Shown piece after piece: positions 1 through 15,000 of a stretch of DNA of 64,000 nucleotides; the stretch's first letter is position 1, and each line of letters opens with the position of its first letter. Below the pieces are notes generated by a model. The model was given only the letters and a program-made list of their open reading frames with translations, made no database searches and was not told the origin of the DNA. The translations under genes and the position numbers were made by a program. The stretch comes from Eledone cirrhosa (taxonomy: Eukaryota): positions 278,814,001 through 278,878,000 of the forward strand of contig OZ024743.1 of assembly GCA_964016885.1 (NCBI GenBank), in the 5' to 3' direction.

Positions 1-3000
1 TGCCTTCCAACGCAGCTAACAACACCGCCACTACTCACTACTACCAACAATATGCCTTCCAACGCAGCTAACAACACCGCCACTACTCACTACTACCAAC
101 AACACGCCTTCCAACGCAGCTAACAACACCGCCACTACTCACTACTACCAACAATATGCCTTCCAACGCAGCTAACAACACCGCCACTACTCACTACTAC
201 CAACAGTACCCCTTCCAACGCAGCTAACAACACCGCCACTACTCACTACTACCAACAACACGCCTTCCAACGCAGCTAACAACACCGCCACTACTCACTA
301 CTACCAACAATATGCCTTCCAACGCAGCTAACAACACCGCCACTACTCACTACTACCAACAATACCCCTTCCAACGCAGCTAACAACACCGCCACTACTC
401 ACTACTACCAACAATACCCCTTCCAACGCAGCTAACAACACCGCCACTACTCACTACTAACAACAATACCCCTTCCAACGCAGCTAACAACACCGCCACT
501 ACTCACTACTACCAACAATACATCTTCCAACGCAGCTAACAACACCGCCACTACTCACTACTACCAACAATAGCCCTTCCAACGCAGCAAACAACACCGC
601 CACTACTCACTACTACCAACAGTACCCCTTCCAACGCAGCTAACAACACCGCCACTACTCACTACTACCAACAGTACCCCTTCCAACGCAGCTAACAACA
701 CCGCCACTACTCACTATTAACAACAATAACCCTTCCAACGCAGCTAACAACACCGCCACTACTCACTACTACCAACAATATGCCTTCCAACGCAGCTAAC
801 AACACCGCCACTACTCACTACTACCAACAACACGCCTTCCAACGCAGCTAACAACACCGCCACTACTCACTACTACCAACAATATGCCTTCCAACGCAGC
901 TAACAACACCGCCACTACTCACTACTACCAACAGTACCCCTTCCAACGCAGCTAACAACACCGCCACTACTCACTACTACCAACAACACGCCTTCCAACG
1001 CAGCTAACAACACCGCCACTACTCACTACTACCAACAATATGCCTTCCAACGCAGCTAACAACACCGCCACTACTCACTACTACCAACAATACCCCTTCC
1101 AACGCAGCTAACAACACCGCCACTACTCACTACTACCAACAATACCCCTTCCAACGCAGCTAACAACACCGCCACTACTCACTACTAACAACAATACCCC
1201 TTCCAACGCAGCTAACAACACCGCCACTACTCACTACTACCAACAATACATCTTCCAACGCAGCTAACAACACCGCCACTACTCACTACTACCAACAATA
1301 GCCCTTCCAACGCAGCAAACAACACCGCCACTACTCACTACTACCAACAGTACCCCTTCCAACGCAGCTAACAACACCGCCACTACTCACTACTACCAAC
1401 AGTACCCCTTCCAACGCAGCTAACAACACCGCCACTACTCACTACTACCAACAGTACCCCTTCCTACGCAGCTAACAACACCGCCACTACTCACTATTAA
1501 CAACAATAACCCTTCCAACGCAGCTAACAACACCGCCACTACTCACTACTACCAACAATAGCCCTTCCAACGCAGCAAACAACACCGCCACTACTCACTA
1601 CTACCAACAGTACCCCTTCCAACGCAGCTAACAACACCGCCACTACTCACTACTACCAACAATAGCCCTTCCAACGCAGCTATCAACCACGCCACTACTC
1701 ACTACTACCAACAGTACCCCTTCCAACGCAGCTAACAACCCCGCCACTACTCACTACTACCAACAGTACCCCTTCCAACGCAGCTAACAACACCGCCACT
1801 ACTCACTACTACCAACAATATTCCTTCCAACGCAGCTAACAACACCGCCACTACTCACTACTACCAACAATACCCCTTCCACCGCAGCTAACAACACCGC
1901 CACTACTCACTACTACCAACAGTACCCCTTCCAACGCAGCTATCAACCACGCCACTACTCACTACTACCAACAGTACCCCTTCCAACGCAGCTAACAACC
2001 CCGCCACTACTCACTACTACCAACAGTACCCCTTCCAACGCAGCTAACAACACCGCCACTACTCACTACTACCAACAATACCCCTTCCAACGCAGCTAAC
2101 AACACCGCCACTACTCACTACTACCAACAATAGGCCTTCCAACGCAGCAAACAACACCGCCACTACTCACTACTACCAACAGTACCCCTTCCAACGCAGC
2201 TAACAACACCGCCACTACTCACTATTAACAACAATAACCCTTCCAACGCAGCTAACAACACCGCCACTACTCACTACTACCAACAATAGCCCTTCCAACG
2301 CAGCTAACAACACCGCCACTACTCACTACTACCAACAATACCCCTTCCAACGCAGCTAACAACACCGCCACTACTCACTACTACCAACAATACCCCTTCC
2401 TACGCAGCTAACAACACCGCCACTACTCACTACTAACAACAATACCCCTTCCAACGCAGCTAACAACACCGCCACTACTCACTACTACCAACAATACATC
2501 TTCCAACGCAGCTAACAACACCGCCACTACTCACTACTACCAACAATAGCCCTTCCAACGCAGCAAACAACACCGCCACTACTCACTACTACCAACAGTA
2601 CCCCTTCCAACGCAGCTAACAACACCGCCACTACTCACTACTACCAACAGTACCCCTTCCAACGCAGCTAACAACACCGCCACTACTCACTACTACCAAC
2701 AGTACCCCTTCCAACGCAGCTAACAACACCGCCACTACTCACTATTAACAACAATAACCCTTCCAACGCAGCTAACAACACCGCCACTACTCACTACTAC
2801 CAACAATAGCCCTTCCAACGCAGCAAACAACACCGCCACTACTCACTACTACCAACAGTACCCCTTCCAACGCAGCTAACAACACCGCCACTACTCACTA
2901 CTACCAACAATAGCCCTTCCAACGCAGCAAACAACACCGCCACTACTCACTACTACCAACAATACCCCTTCCAACGCAGCAAACAACACCGCCACTACTC

Positions 3001-6000
3001 ACTACTACCAACAGTACCCCTTCCAACGCAGCTAACAACACCGCCACTACTCACTACTACCAACAATAGCCCTTCCAACGCAGCTAACAACACCGCCACT
3101 ACTCACTACTACCAACAATAGCCCTTCCGACGCAGCTAACAACCCCCCCACTACTCACTACTACCAACAGTACCCCTTCCAACGCAGCTAACAACCCCGC
3201 CACTACTCACTACTACCAACAGTACCCCTTCCAACGCAGCTAACAACACCGCCACTACTCACTACTACCAACAATAGTCCTTCCAACGCAGCAAACAACA
3301 CCGCCACTACTCACTACTACCAACAGTACCCCTTCCAACGCAGCTAACAACACCGCGACTACTCACTATTAACAACAATAACCCTTCCAACGCAGCTAAC
3401 AACACCGCCACTACTCACTACTACCAACAATAGCCCTTCCAACGCAGCTAACAACACCTCCACTACACACTACTACCAACAATAGCCCTTCCAACGCAGC
3501 AAACAACCCCGGCACTACTAACTACTACAAACAGTAACCCTTCCACCGCAGCTAACAACACCGCCACTATTCACTACTACCAAAAATACCCCTTCCAACG
3601 CAGCTAACAACACCGCCACTACTCACTACTACCAGCAATACCCCTTCCAACGCAGATAACAACACCGCCACTACTCACTACTACCAACAATACCCCTTCC
3701 AACGCAGCTAACAACACCGCCACTACTCACTACTACCAATAATAACCCTTCCAACGCAGCTAACAACACCGCCACTACTCACTACTACCAACAGTACCCC
3801 TTCCAACGCAGCTAACAACACCGCCACTACTAACTACTACCAACAATACCCCTTCCAACGCAGCTAACAACACCGCCACTACTCACTACTACCAACAATA
3901 ACCCTTCCAACGCAGCTAACAACACCGCCACTACTCACTACTACCAACAGTACCCCTTCCAACGCAGCTAACAACACCGCCACTACTCACTACTACAAAG
4001 AGTACCCCTTCCAACGCAGCTAACAACACCGCCACTACTCACTACTACCAACAATAGCCCTTCCAACGCAGCAAACAACACCGCCACTACTCACTACTAC
4101 CAACAATACCCCTTCCAACGCAGCTAACAACACCGCCACTACTCACTACTAACAACAATACCCCTTCCAACGCAGCTAACAACACCGCCACTACTCCTTA
4201 CTACCAACAATACATCTTCCAACGCAGCTAACAACACCGCCACTACTCACTACTACCAACAATAGCCCTTCCAACGCAGCAAACAACACCGCCACTACTC
4301 ACTACTACCAACAGTACCCCTTCCAACGCAGCTAACAACACCGCCACTACTCACTACTACCAACAGTACCCCTTCCAACGCAGCTAACAACACCGCCACT
4401 ACTCACTACTACCAACAGTACCCCTTCCAACGCAGCTAACAACACCGCCACTACTCACTATTAACAACAATAACCCTTCCAACGCAGCTAACAACACCGC
4501 CACTACTCACTACTACCAACAATAGCCCTTCCAACGCAGCAAACAACACCGCCACTACTCACTACTACCAACAGTACCCCTTCCAACGCAGCTAACAACA
4601 CCGCCACTACTCACTACTACCAACAATAGCCCTTCCAACGCAGCTATCAACCACGCCACTACTCACTACTACCAACAGTACCCCTTCCAACGCAGCTAAC
4701 AACCCCGCCACTACTCACTACTACCAACAGTACCCCTTCCAACGCAGCTAACAACACCGCCACTACTCACTACTACCAACAATATTCCTTCCAACGCAGC
4801 AAACAACACCGCCACTACTCACTACTACCAACAGTACCCCTTCCAACGCAGCTAACAACACCGCCACTACTCACTACTACCAACAATAGCCCTTCCAACG
4901 CAGCAAACAACACCGCCACTACTCACTACTACCAACAATACCCCTTCCACCGCAGCTAACAACACCGCCACTACTCACTACTACCAACAATACCCCTTCC
5001 AACGCAGCTAACAACACCGCCACTACTCACTACTACCAACAGTACCCCTTCCAACGCAGCTAACAACACCGCCACTACTCACTACTACCAACAATAGTCC
5101 TTCCAACGCAGCAAACAACACCGCCACTACTCACTACTACCAACAGTACCCCTTCCAACGCAGCTAACAACCCCGCCACTACTCACTATTAACAACAATA
5201 ACCCTTCCAACGCAGCTAACAACACCGCCACTACTCACTACTACCAACAATAGCCCTTCCAACGCAGCTAACAACACCTCCACTACTCACTACTACCAAC
5301 AATAGCCCTTCCAACGCAGCAAACAACACCGCCACTACTAACTACTACAAACAGTAACCCTTCCACCGCAGCTAACAACACCGCCACTATTCACTACTAC
5401 CAAAAATACCCCTTCCAACGCAGCTAACAACACCGCCACTACTCACTACTACCAGCAATACCCCTTCCAACGCAGATAACAACACCGCCACTACTCACTA
5501 CTACCAACAATACCCCTTCCAACGCAGCTAACAACACCGCCACTACTCACTACTACCAATAATAACCCTTCCAACGCAGCTAACAACACCGCCACTACTC
5601 ACTACTACCAACAGTACCCCTTCCAACGCAGCTAACAACACCGCCACTACTCACTACTACCAACAATACCCCTTCCAACGCAGCTAACAACACCGCCACT
5701 ACTCACTACTACCAACAATACCCCTTCCAACGCAGCTAACAACACCGCCACTACTCACTATTAACAACAATAACCCTTCCAACGCAGCTAACAACACCGC
5801 CACTACTCACTACTACCAACAGTACCCCTTCCAACGCAGCTAACAACACCGCCACTACTCACTACTACCAATAATAACCCTTCCAACGCAGCTAACAACA
5901 CCGCCACTACTCACTACTACCAACAGTACCCCTTCCAACGCAGCTAACAACACCGCCACTACTCACTACTACCAACAATAGCCCTTCCAACGCAGCTAAC

Positions 6001-9000
6001 AACACCGCCACTACTCACTACTACCAACAGTACCCCTTCCAACGCAGCTAACAACACCGCCACTACTCACTACTACCAACAATAGCCCTTCCAACGCAGC
6101 TAACAACACCGCCACTACTCACTACTACCAACAATAGCCCTTCCAACGCAGCTAACAACACCGCCACTACTCACTACTACCAACAATACCCCTTCCAACG
6201 CAGCTAACAACACCGCCACTACTCACTACTACCAACAATAGCCCTTCCAACGCAGCTAACAACACCGCCACTACTCACTACTACCAACAATACCCCTTCC
6301 AACGCAGCTAACAACACCGCCACTACTCACTACTACCAACAATACCCCTTCCTACGCAGCTAACAACACCGCCACTACTCACTACTAACAACAATACCCC
6401 TTCCAACGCAGCTAACAACACCGCCACTACTCACTACTACCAACAATACATCTTCCAACGCAGCTAACAACACCGCCACTACTCACTACTACCAACAATA
6501 GCCCTTCCAACGCAGCAAACAACACCGCCACTACTCACTACTACCAACAGTACCCCTTCCAACGCAGCTAACAACACCGCCACTACTCACTACTACCAAC
6601 AGTACCCCTTCCAACGCAGCTAACAACACCGCCACTACTCACTACTACCAACAGTACCCCTTCCAACGCAGCTAACAACACCGCCACTACTCACTATTAA
6701 CAACAATAACCCTTCCAACGCAGCTAACAACACCGCCACTACTCACTACTACCAACAATAGCCCTTCCAACGCAGCAAACAACACCGCCACTACTCACTA
6801 CTACCAACAGTACCCCTTCCAACGCAGCTAACAACACCGCCACTACTCACTACTACCAACAATAGCCCTTCCAACGCAGCAAACAACACCGCCACTACTC
6901 ACTACTACCAACAATACCCCTTCCAACGCAGCAAACAACACCGCCACTACTCACTACTACCAACAGTACCCCTTCCAACGCAGCTAACAACACCGCCACT
7001 ACTCACTACTACCAACAATAGCCCTTCCAACGCAGCAAACAACACCGCCACTACTCACTACTACCAACAATACCCCTTCCAACGCAGCAAACAACACCGC
7101 CACTACTCACTACTACCAACAGTACCCCTTCCAACGCAGCTAACAACACCGCCACTACTCACTACTACGAAAAATAGCCCTTCCAACGCAGCTAACAACA
7201 CCTCCACTACTCACTACTACCAACAATACCCCTTCCAACGCAGCAAACAACACCGCCACTACTCACTACTACCAACAGTACCCCTTCCAACGCAGCTAAC
7301 AACACCGCCACTACTCACTACTACCAACAATAGCCCTTCCAACGCAGCTATCAACCACGCCACTACTCACTGCTACCAACAGTACCCCTTCCAACGCAGC
7401 TAACAACCCCGCCACTACTCACTACTACCAACAGTACCCCTTCCAACGCAGCTAACAACACCGCCACTACTCACTACTACCAACAATATTCCTTCCAACG
7501 CAGCAAACAACACCGCCACTACTCACTACTACCAACAGTACCCCTTCCAACGCAGCTAACAACACCGCCACTACTCACTATTAACAACAATAACCCTTCC
7601 AACGCAGCTAACAACACCGCCACTACTCACTACTACCAACAATAGCCCTTCCAACGCAGCTAACAACACCGCCACTACTCACTACTACCAACAATACCCC
7701 TTCCAACGCAGCTAACAACACCGCCACTACTCACTACTACCATCAATACCCCTTCCTACGCAGCTAACAACACCGCCACTACTCACTACTAACAACAATA
7801 CCCCTTCCAACGCAGCTAACAACACCGCCACTACTCACTACTACCAACAATACATCTTCCAACGCAGCTAACAACACCGCCACTACTCACTACTACCAAC
7901 AATAGCCCTTCCAACGCAGCAAACAACACCGCCACTACTCACTACTACCAACAGTACCCCTTCCAACGCAGCTAACAACACCGCCACTACTCACTACTAC
8001 CAACAGTACCCCTTCCAACGCAGCTAACAACACCGCCACTACTCACTACTACCAACAGTACCCCTTCCAACGCAGCTAACAACACCGCCACTACTCACTA
8101 TTAACAACAATAACCCTTCCAACGCAGCTAACAACACCGCCACTACTCACTACTACCAACAATAGCCCTTCCAACGCAGCAAACAACACCGCCACTACTC
8201 ACTACTACCAACAGTACCCCTTCCAACGCAGCTAACAACACCGCCACTACTCACTACTACCAACAATAGCCCTTCCAACGCAGCAAACAACACCGCCACT
8301 ACTCACTACTACCAACAATACCCCTTCCACCGCAGCTAACAACACCGCCACTACTCACTACTACCAACAATACCCCTTCCAACGCAGCTAACAACACCGC
8401 CACTACTCACTACTACCAACAGTACCCCTTCCAACGCAGCTAACAACACCGCCACTACTCACTACTACCAACAATAGCCCTTCCGACGCAGCTAACAACC
8501 CCGCCACTACTCACTACTACCAACAGTACCCCTTCCAACGCAGCTAACAACCCCGCCACTACTCACTACTACCAACAGTACCCCTTCCAACGCAGCTAAC
8601 AACACCGCCACTACTCACTACTACCAACAATAGTCCTTCCAACGCAGCAAACAACACCGCCACTACTCACTACTACCAACAGTACCCCTTCCAACGCAGC
8701 TAACAACACCGCGACTACTCACTATTAACAACAATAACCCTTCCAACGCAGCTAACAACACCGCCACTACTCACTACTACCAACAATAGCCCTTCCAACG
8801 CAGCTAACAACACCTCCACTACTCACTACTACCAACAATAGCCCTTCCAACGCAGCAAACAACACCGCCACTACTAACTACTACAAACAGTAACCCTTCC
8901 ACCGCAGCTAACAACACCGCCACTATTCACTACTACCAAAAATACCCCTTCCAACGCAGCTAACAACACCGCCACTACTCACTACTACCAGCAATACCCC

Positions 9001-12000
9001 TTCCAACGCAGATAACAACACCGCCACTACTCACTACTACCAACAATACCCCTTCCAACGCAGCTAACAACACCGCCACTACTCACTACTACCAATAATA
9101 ACCCTTCCAACGCAGCTAACAACACCGCCACTACTCACTACTACCAACAATACCCCTTCCAACGCAGCTAACAACACCGCCACTACTCACTACTACCAAC
9201 AATACCCCTTCCAACGCAGCTAACAACACCGCCACTACTCACTACTACCAATAATAACCCTTCCAACGCAGCTAACAACACCGCCACTACTCACTACTAC
9301 CAACAATACCCCTTCCAACGCAGCTAACAACACCGCCACTACTCACTATTAACAACAATAACCCTTCCAACGCAGCTAACAACACCGCCACTACTCACTA
9401 CTACCAACAGTACCCCTTCCAACGCAGCTAACAACACCGCCACTACTCACTACTACCAACAATACCCCTTCCAACGCAGCTAACAACACCGCCACTACTC
9501 ACTACTACCAACAATACCCCTTCCAACGCAGCTAACAACACCGCCACTACTCACTATTAACAACAATAACCCTTCCAACGCAGCTAACAACACCGCCACT
9601 ACTCACTACTACCAACAGTACCCCTTCCAACGCAGCTAACAACACCGCCACTACTCACTACTACCAATAATAACCCTTCCAACGCAGCTAACAACACCGC
9701 CACTACTCACTACTACCAACAGTACCCCTTCCAACGCAGCTAACAACACCGCCACTACTCACTACTACCAACAATAGCCCTTCCAACGCAGCTAACAACA
9801 CCGCCACTACTCACTACTACCAACAGTACCCCTTCCAACGCAGCTAACAACACCGCCACTACTCACTACTACCAACAATAGCCCTTCCAACGCAGCTAAC
9901 AACACCGCCACTACTCACTACTACCAACAATAGCCCTTCCAACGCAGCTAACAACACCGCCACTACTCACTACTACCAACAATACCCCTTCCAACGCAGC
10001 TAACAACACCGCCACTACTCACTACTACCAACAATAGCCCTTCCAACGCAGCTAACAACACCGCCACTACTCACTACTACCAACAATACCCCTTCCAACG
10101 CAGCTAACAACACCGCCACTACTCACTACTACCAACAATACCCCTTCCTACGCAGCTAACAACACCGCCACTACTCACTACTAACAACAATACCCCTTCC
10201 AACGCAGCTAACAACACCGCCACTACTCACTACTACCAACAATACATCTTCCAACGCAGCTAACAACACCGCCACTACTCACTACTACCAACAATAGCCC
10301 TTCCAACGCAGCAAACAACACCGCCACTACTCACTACTACCAACAGTACCCCTTCCAACGCAGCTAACAACACCGCCACTACTCACTACTACCAACAGTA
10401 CCCCTTCCAACGCAGCTAACAACACCGCCACTACTCACTACTACCAACAGTACCCCTTCCAACGCAGCTAACAACACCGCCACTACTCACTATTAACAAC
10501 AATAACCCTTCCAACGCAGCTAACAACACCGCCACTACTCACTACTACCAACAATAGCCCTTCCAACGCAGCAAACAACACCGCCACTACTCACTACTAC
10601 CAACAGTACCCCTTCCAACGCAGCTAACAACACCGCCACTACTCACTACTACCAACAATAGCCCTTCCAACGCAGCAAACAACACCGCCACTACTCACTA
10701 CTACCAACAATACCCCTTCCAACGCAGCAAACAACACCGCCACTACTCACTACTACCAACAGTACCCCTTCCAACGCAGCTAACAACACCGCCACTACTC
10801 ACTACTACCAACAATAGCCCTTCCAACGCAGCAAACAACACCGCCACTACTCACTACTACCAACAATACCCCTTCCAACGCAGCAAACAACACCGCCACT
10901 ACTCACTACTACCAACAGTACCCCTTCCAACGCAGCTAACAACACCGCCACTACTCACTACTACGAACAATAGCCCTTCCAACGCAGCTAACAACACCTC
11001 CACTACTCACTACTACCAACAATACCCCTTCCAACGCAGCAAACAACACCGCCACTACTCACTACTACCAACAGTACCCCTTCCAACGCAGCTAACAACA
11101 CCGCCACTACTCACTACTACCAACAATAGCCCTTCCAACGCAGCTATCAACCACGCCACTACTCACTGCTACCAACAGTACCCCTTCCAACGCAGCTAAC
11201 AACCCCGCCACTACTCACTACTACCAACAGTACCCCTTCCAACGCAGCTAACAACACCGCCACTACTCACTACTACCAACAATATTCCTTCCAACGCAGC
11301 AAACAACACCGCCACTACTCACTACTACCAACAGTACCCCTTCCAACGCAGCTAACAACACCGCCACTACTCACTATTAACAACAATAACCCTTCCAACG
11401 CAGCTAACAACACCGCCACTACTCACTACTACCAACAATAGCCCTTCCAACGCAGCTAACAACACCGCCACTACTCACTACTACCAACAATACCCCTTCC
11501 AACGCAGCTAACAACACCGCCACTACTCACTACTACCATCAATACCCCTTCCTACGCAGCTAACAACACCGCCACTACTCACTACTAACAACAATACCCC
11601 TTCCAACGCAGCTAACAACACCGCCACTACTCACTACTACCAACAATACATCTTCCAACGCAGCTAACAACACCGCCACTACTCACTACTACCAACAATA
11701 GCCCTTCCAACGCAGCAAACAACACCGCCACTACTCACTACTACCAACAGTACCCCTTCCAACGCAGCTAACAACACCGCCACTACTCACTACTACCAAC
11801 AGTACCCCTTCCAACGCAGCTAACAACACCGCCACTACTCACTACTACCAACAGTACCCCTTCCAACGCAGCTAACAACACCGCCACTACTCACTATTAA
11901 CAACAATAACCCTTCCAACGCAGCTAACAACACCGCCACTACTCACTACTACCAACAATATGCCTTCCAACGCAGCTAACAACACCGCCACTACTCACTA

Positions 12001-15000
12001 CTACCAACAATACCCCTTCCAACGCAGCTAACAACACCGCCACTACTCACTACTACCAACAATACCCCTTCCAACGCAGCAAACAACACCGCCACTACTC
12101 ACTACTACCAACAGTACCCCTTCCAACGCAGCTAACAACACCGCCACTACTCACTACTACCAACAATAGCCCTTCCAACGCAGCAAACAACACCGCCACT
12201 ACTCACTACTACCAACAATACCCCTTCCACCGCAGCTAACAACACCGCCACTACTCACTACTACCAACAATACCCCTTCCAACGCAGCTAACAACACCGC
12301 CACTACTCACTACTACCAACAGTACCCCTTCCAACGCAGCTAACAACACCGCCACTACTCACTACTACCAACAATAGCCCTTCCGACGCAGCTAACAACC
12401 CCGCCACTACTCACTACTACCAACAGTACCCCTTCCAACGCAGCTAACAACCCCGCCACTACTCACTACTACCAACAGTACCCCTTCCAACGCAGCTAAC
12501 AACACCGCCACTACTCACTACTACCAACAATAGTCCTTCCAACGCAGCAAACAACACCGCCACTACTCACTACTACCAACAGTACCCCTTCCAACGCAGC
12601 TAACAACACCGCGACTACTCACTATTAACAACAATAACCCTTCCAACGCAGCTAACAACACCGCCACTACTCACTACTACCAACAATAGCCCTTCCAACG
12701 CAGCTAACAACACCTCCACTACTCACTACTACCAACAATAGCCCTTCCAACGCAGCAAACAACACCGCCACTACTAACTACTACAAACAGTAACCCTTCC
12801 ACCGCAGCTAACAACACCGCCACTATTCACTACTACCAAAAATACCCCTTCCAACGCAGCTAACAACACCGCCACTACTCACTACTACCAGCAATACCCC
12901 TTCCAACGCAGATAACAACACCGCCACTACTCACTACTACCAACAATACCCCTTCCAACGCAGCTAACAACACCGCCACTACTCACTACTACCAATAATA
13001 ACCCTTCCAACGCAGCTAACAACACCGCCACTACTCACTACTACCAACAATACCCCTTCCAACGCAGCTAACAACACCGCCACTACTCACTACTACCAAC
13101 AATACCCCTTCCAACGCAGCTAACAACACCGCCACTACTCACTACTACCAATAATAACCCTTCCAACGCAGCTAACAACACCGCCACTACTCACTACTAC
13201 CAACAATACCCCTTCCAACGCAGCTAACAACACCGCCACTACTCACTATTAACAACAATAACCCTTCCAACGCAGCTAACAACACCGCCACTACTCACTA
13301 CTACCAACAGTACCCCTTCCAACGCAGCTAACAACACCGCCACTACTCACTACTACCAACAGTACCCCTTCCAACGCAGCAAACAACACCGCCACTACTC
13401 ACTACTACCAACAGTACCCCTTCCAACGCAGCTAACAACACCGCCACTACTCACTACTACCAACAATACCCCTTCCAACGCAGCGAACAACACCGCCACT
13501 ACTCACTATTAACAACAATAACCCTTCCAACGCAGCTAACAACACCGCCACTACTCACTACTACCAACAATAGCCCTTCCAACGCAGCAAACAACACCGC
13601 CACTACTCACTACTACCAACAGTACCCCTTCCAACGCAGCTAACAACACCGCCACTACTCACTACTACCAACAATAGCCCTTCCAACGCAGCTAACAACA
13701 CCGCCACTACTCACTACTACCAACAGTACCCCTTCCAACGCAGCTAACAACACCGCCACTACTCACTACTACCAACAATAGCCCTTCCAACGCAGCTAAC
13801 AACACCGCCACTACTCACTACTACCAACAATAGCCCTTCCAACGCAGCTAACAACACCGCCACTACTCACTACTACCAACAATACCCCTTCCAACGCAGC
13901 TAACAACACCGCCACTACTCACTAATACCAACAATACCCCTTCCTACGCAGCTAACAACACCGCCACTACTCACTACTAACAACAATACCCCTTCCAACG
14001 CAGCTAACAACACCGCCACTACTCACTACTACCAACAATACATCTTCCAACGCAGCTAACAACACCGCCACTACTCACTACTACCAACAGTACCCCTTCC
14101 AGCGCAGCTAACAACACCGCCACTACTCACTACTACCAACAGTACCCCTTCCAACGCAGCTAACAACACCGCCACTACTCACTATTAACAACAATAACCC
14201 TTCCAACGCAGCTAACAACACCGCCACTACTCACTACTACCAACAATAGCCCTTCCAACGCAGCAAACAACACCGCCACTACTCACTACTACCAACAGTA
14301 CCCCTTCCAACGCAGCTAACAACACCGCCACTACTCACTACTACCAACAATAGCCCTTCCAACGCAGCAAACAACACCGCCACTACTCACTACTACCAAC
14401 AATACCCCTTCCACCGCAGCTAACAACACCGCCACTACTCACTACTACCAACAGTACCCCTTCCAACGCAGCTAACAACACCGCCACTACTAACTACTAC
14501 CAACAATAGCCCTTCCGACGCAGCTAACAACCCCGCCACTACTCACTACTACCAACAGTACCCCTTCCAACGCAGCTAACAACCCCGCCACTACTCACTA
14601 CTACCAACAGTACCCCTTCCAACGCAGCTAACAACACCGCCACTACTCACTACTACCAACAATAGTCCTTCCAACGCAGCAAACAACACCGCCACTACTC
14701 ACTACTACCAACAGTACCCCTTCCAACGCAGCTAACAACACCGCCACTACTCACTACTACCAACAATAGTCCTTCCAACGCAGCTAACAACACCGCCACT
14801 ACTCACTACTACCAACAGTACCCCTTCCAACGCAGCTAACAACACCGCGACTACTCACTATTAACAACAATAACCCTTCCAACGCAGCTAACAACACCGC
14901 CACTACTCACTACTACCAACAATACCCCTTCCAACGCAGCTAACAACACCGCCACTACTCACTACTACCAACAATAGCCCTTCCAACGCAGCTAACAACA

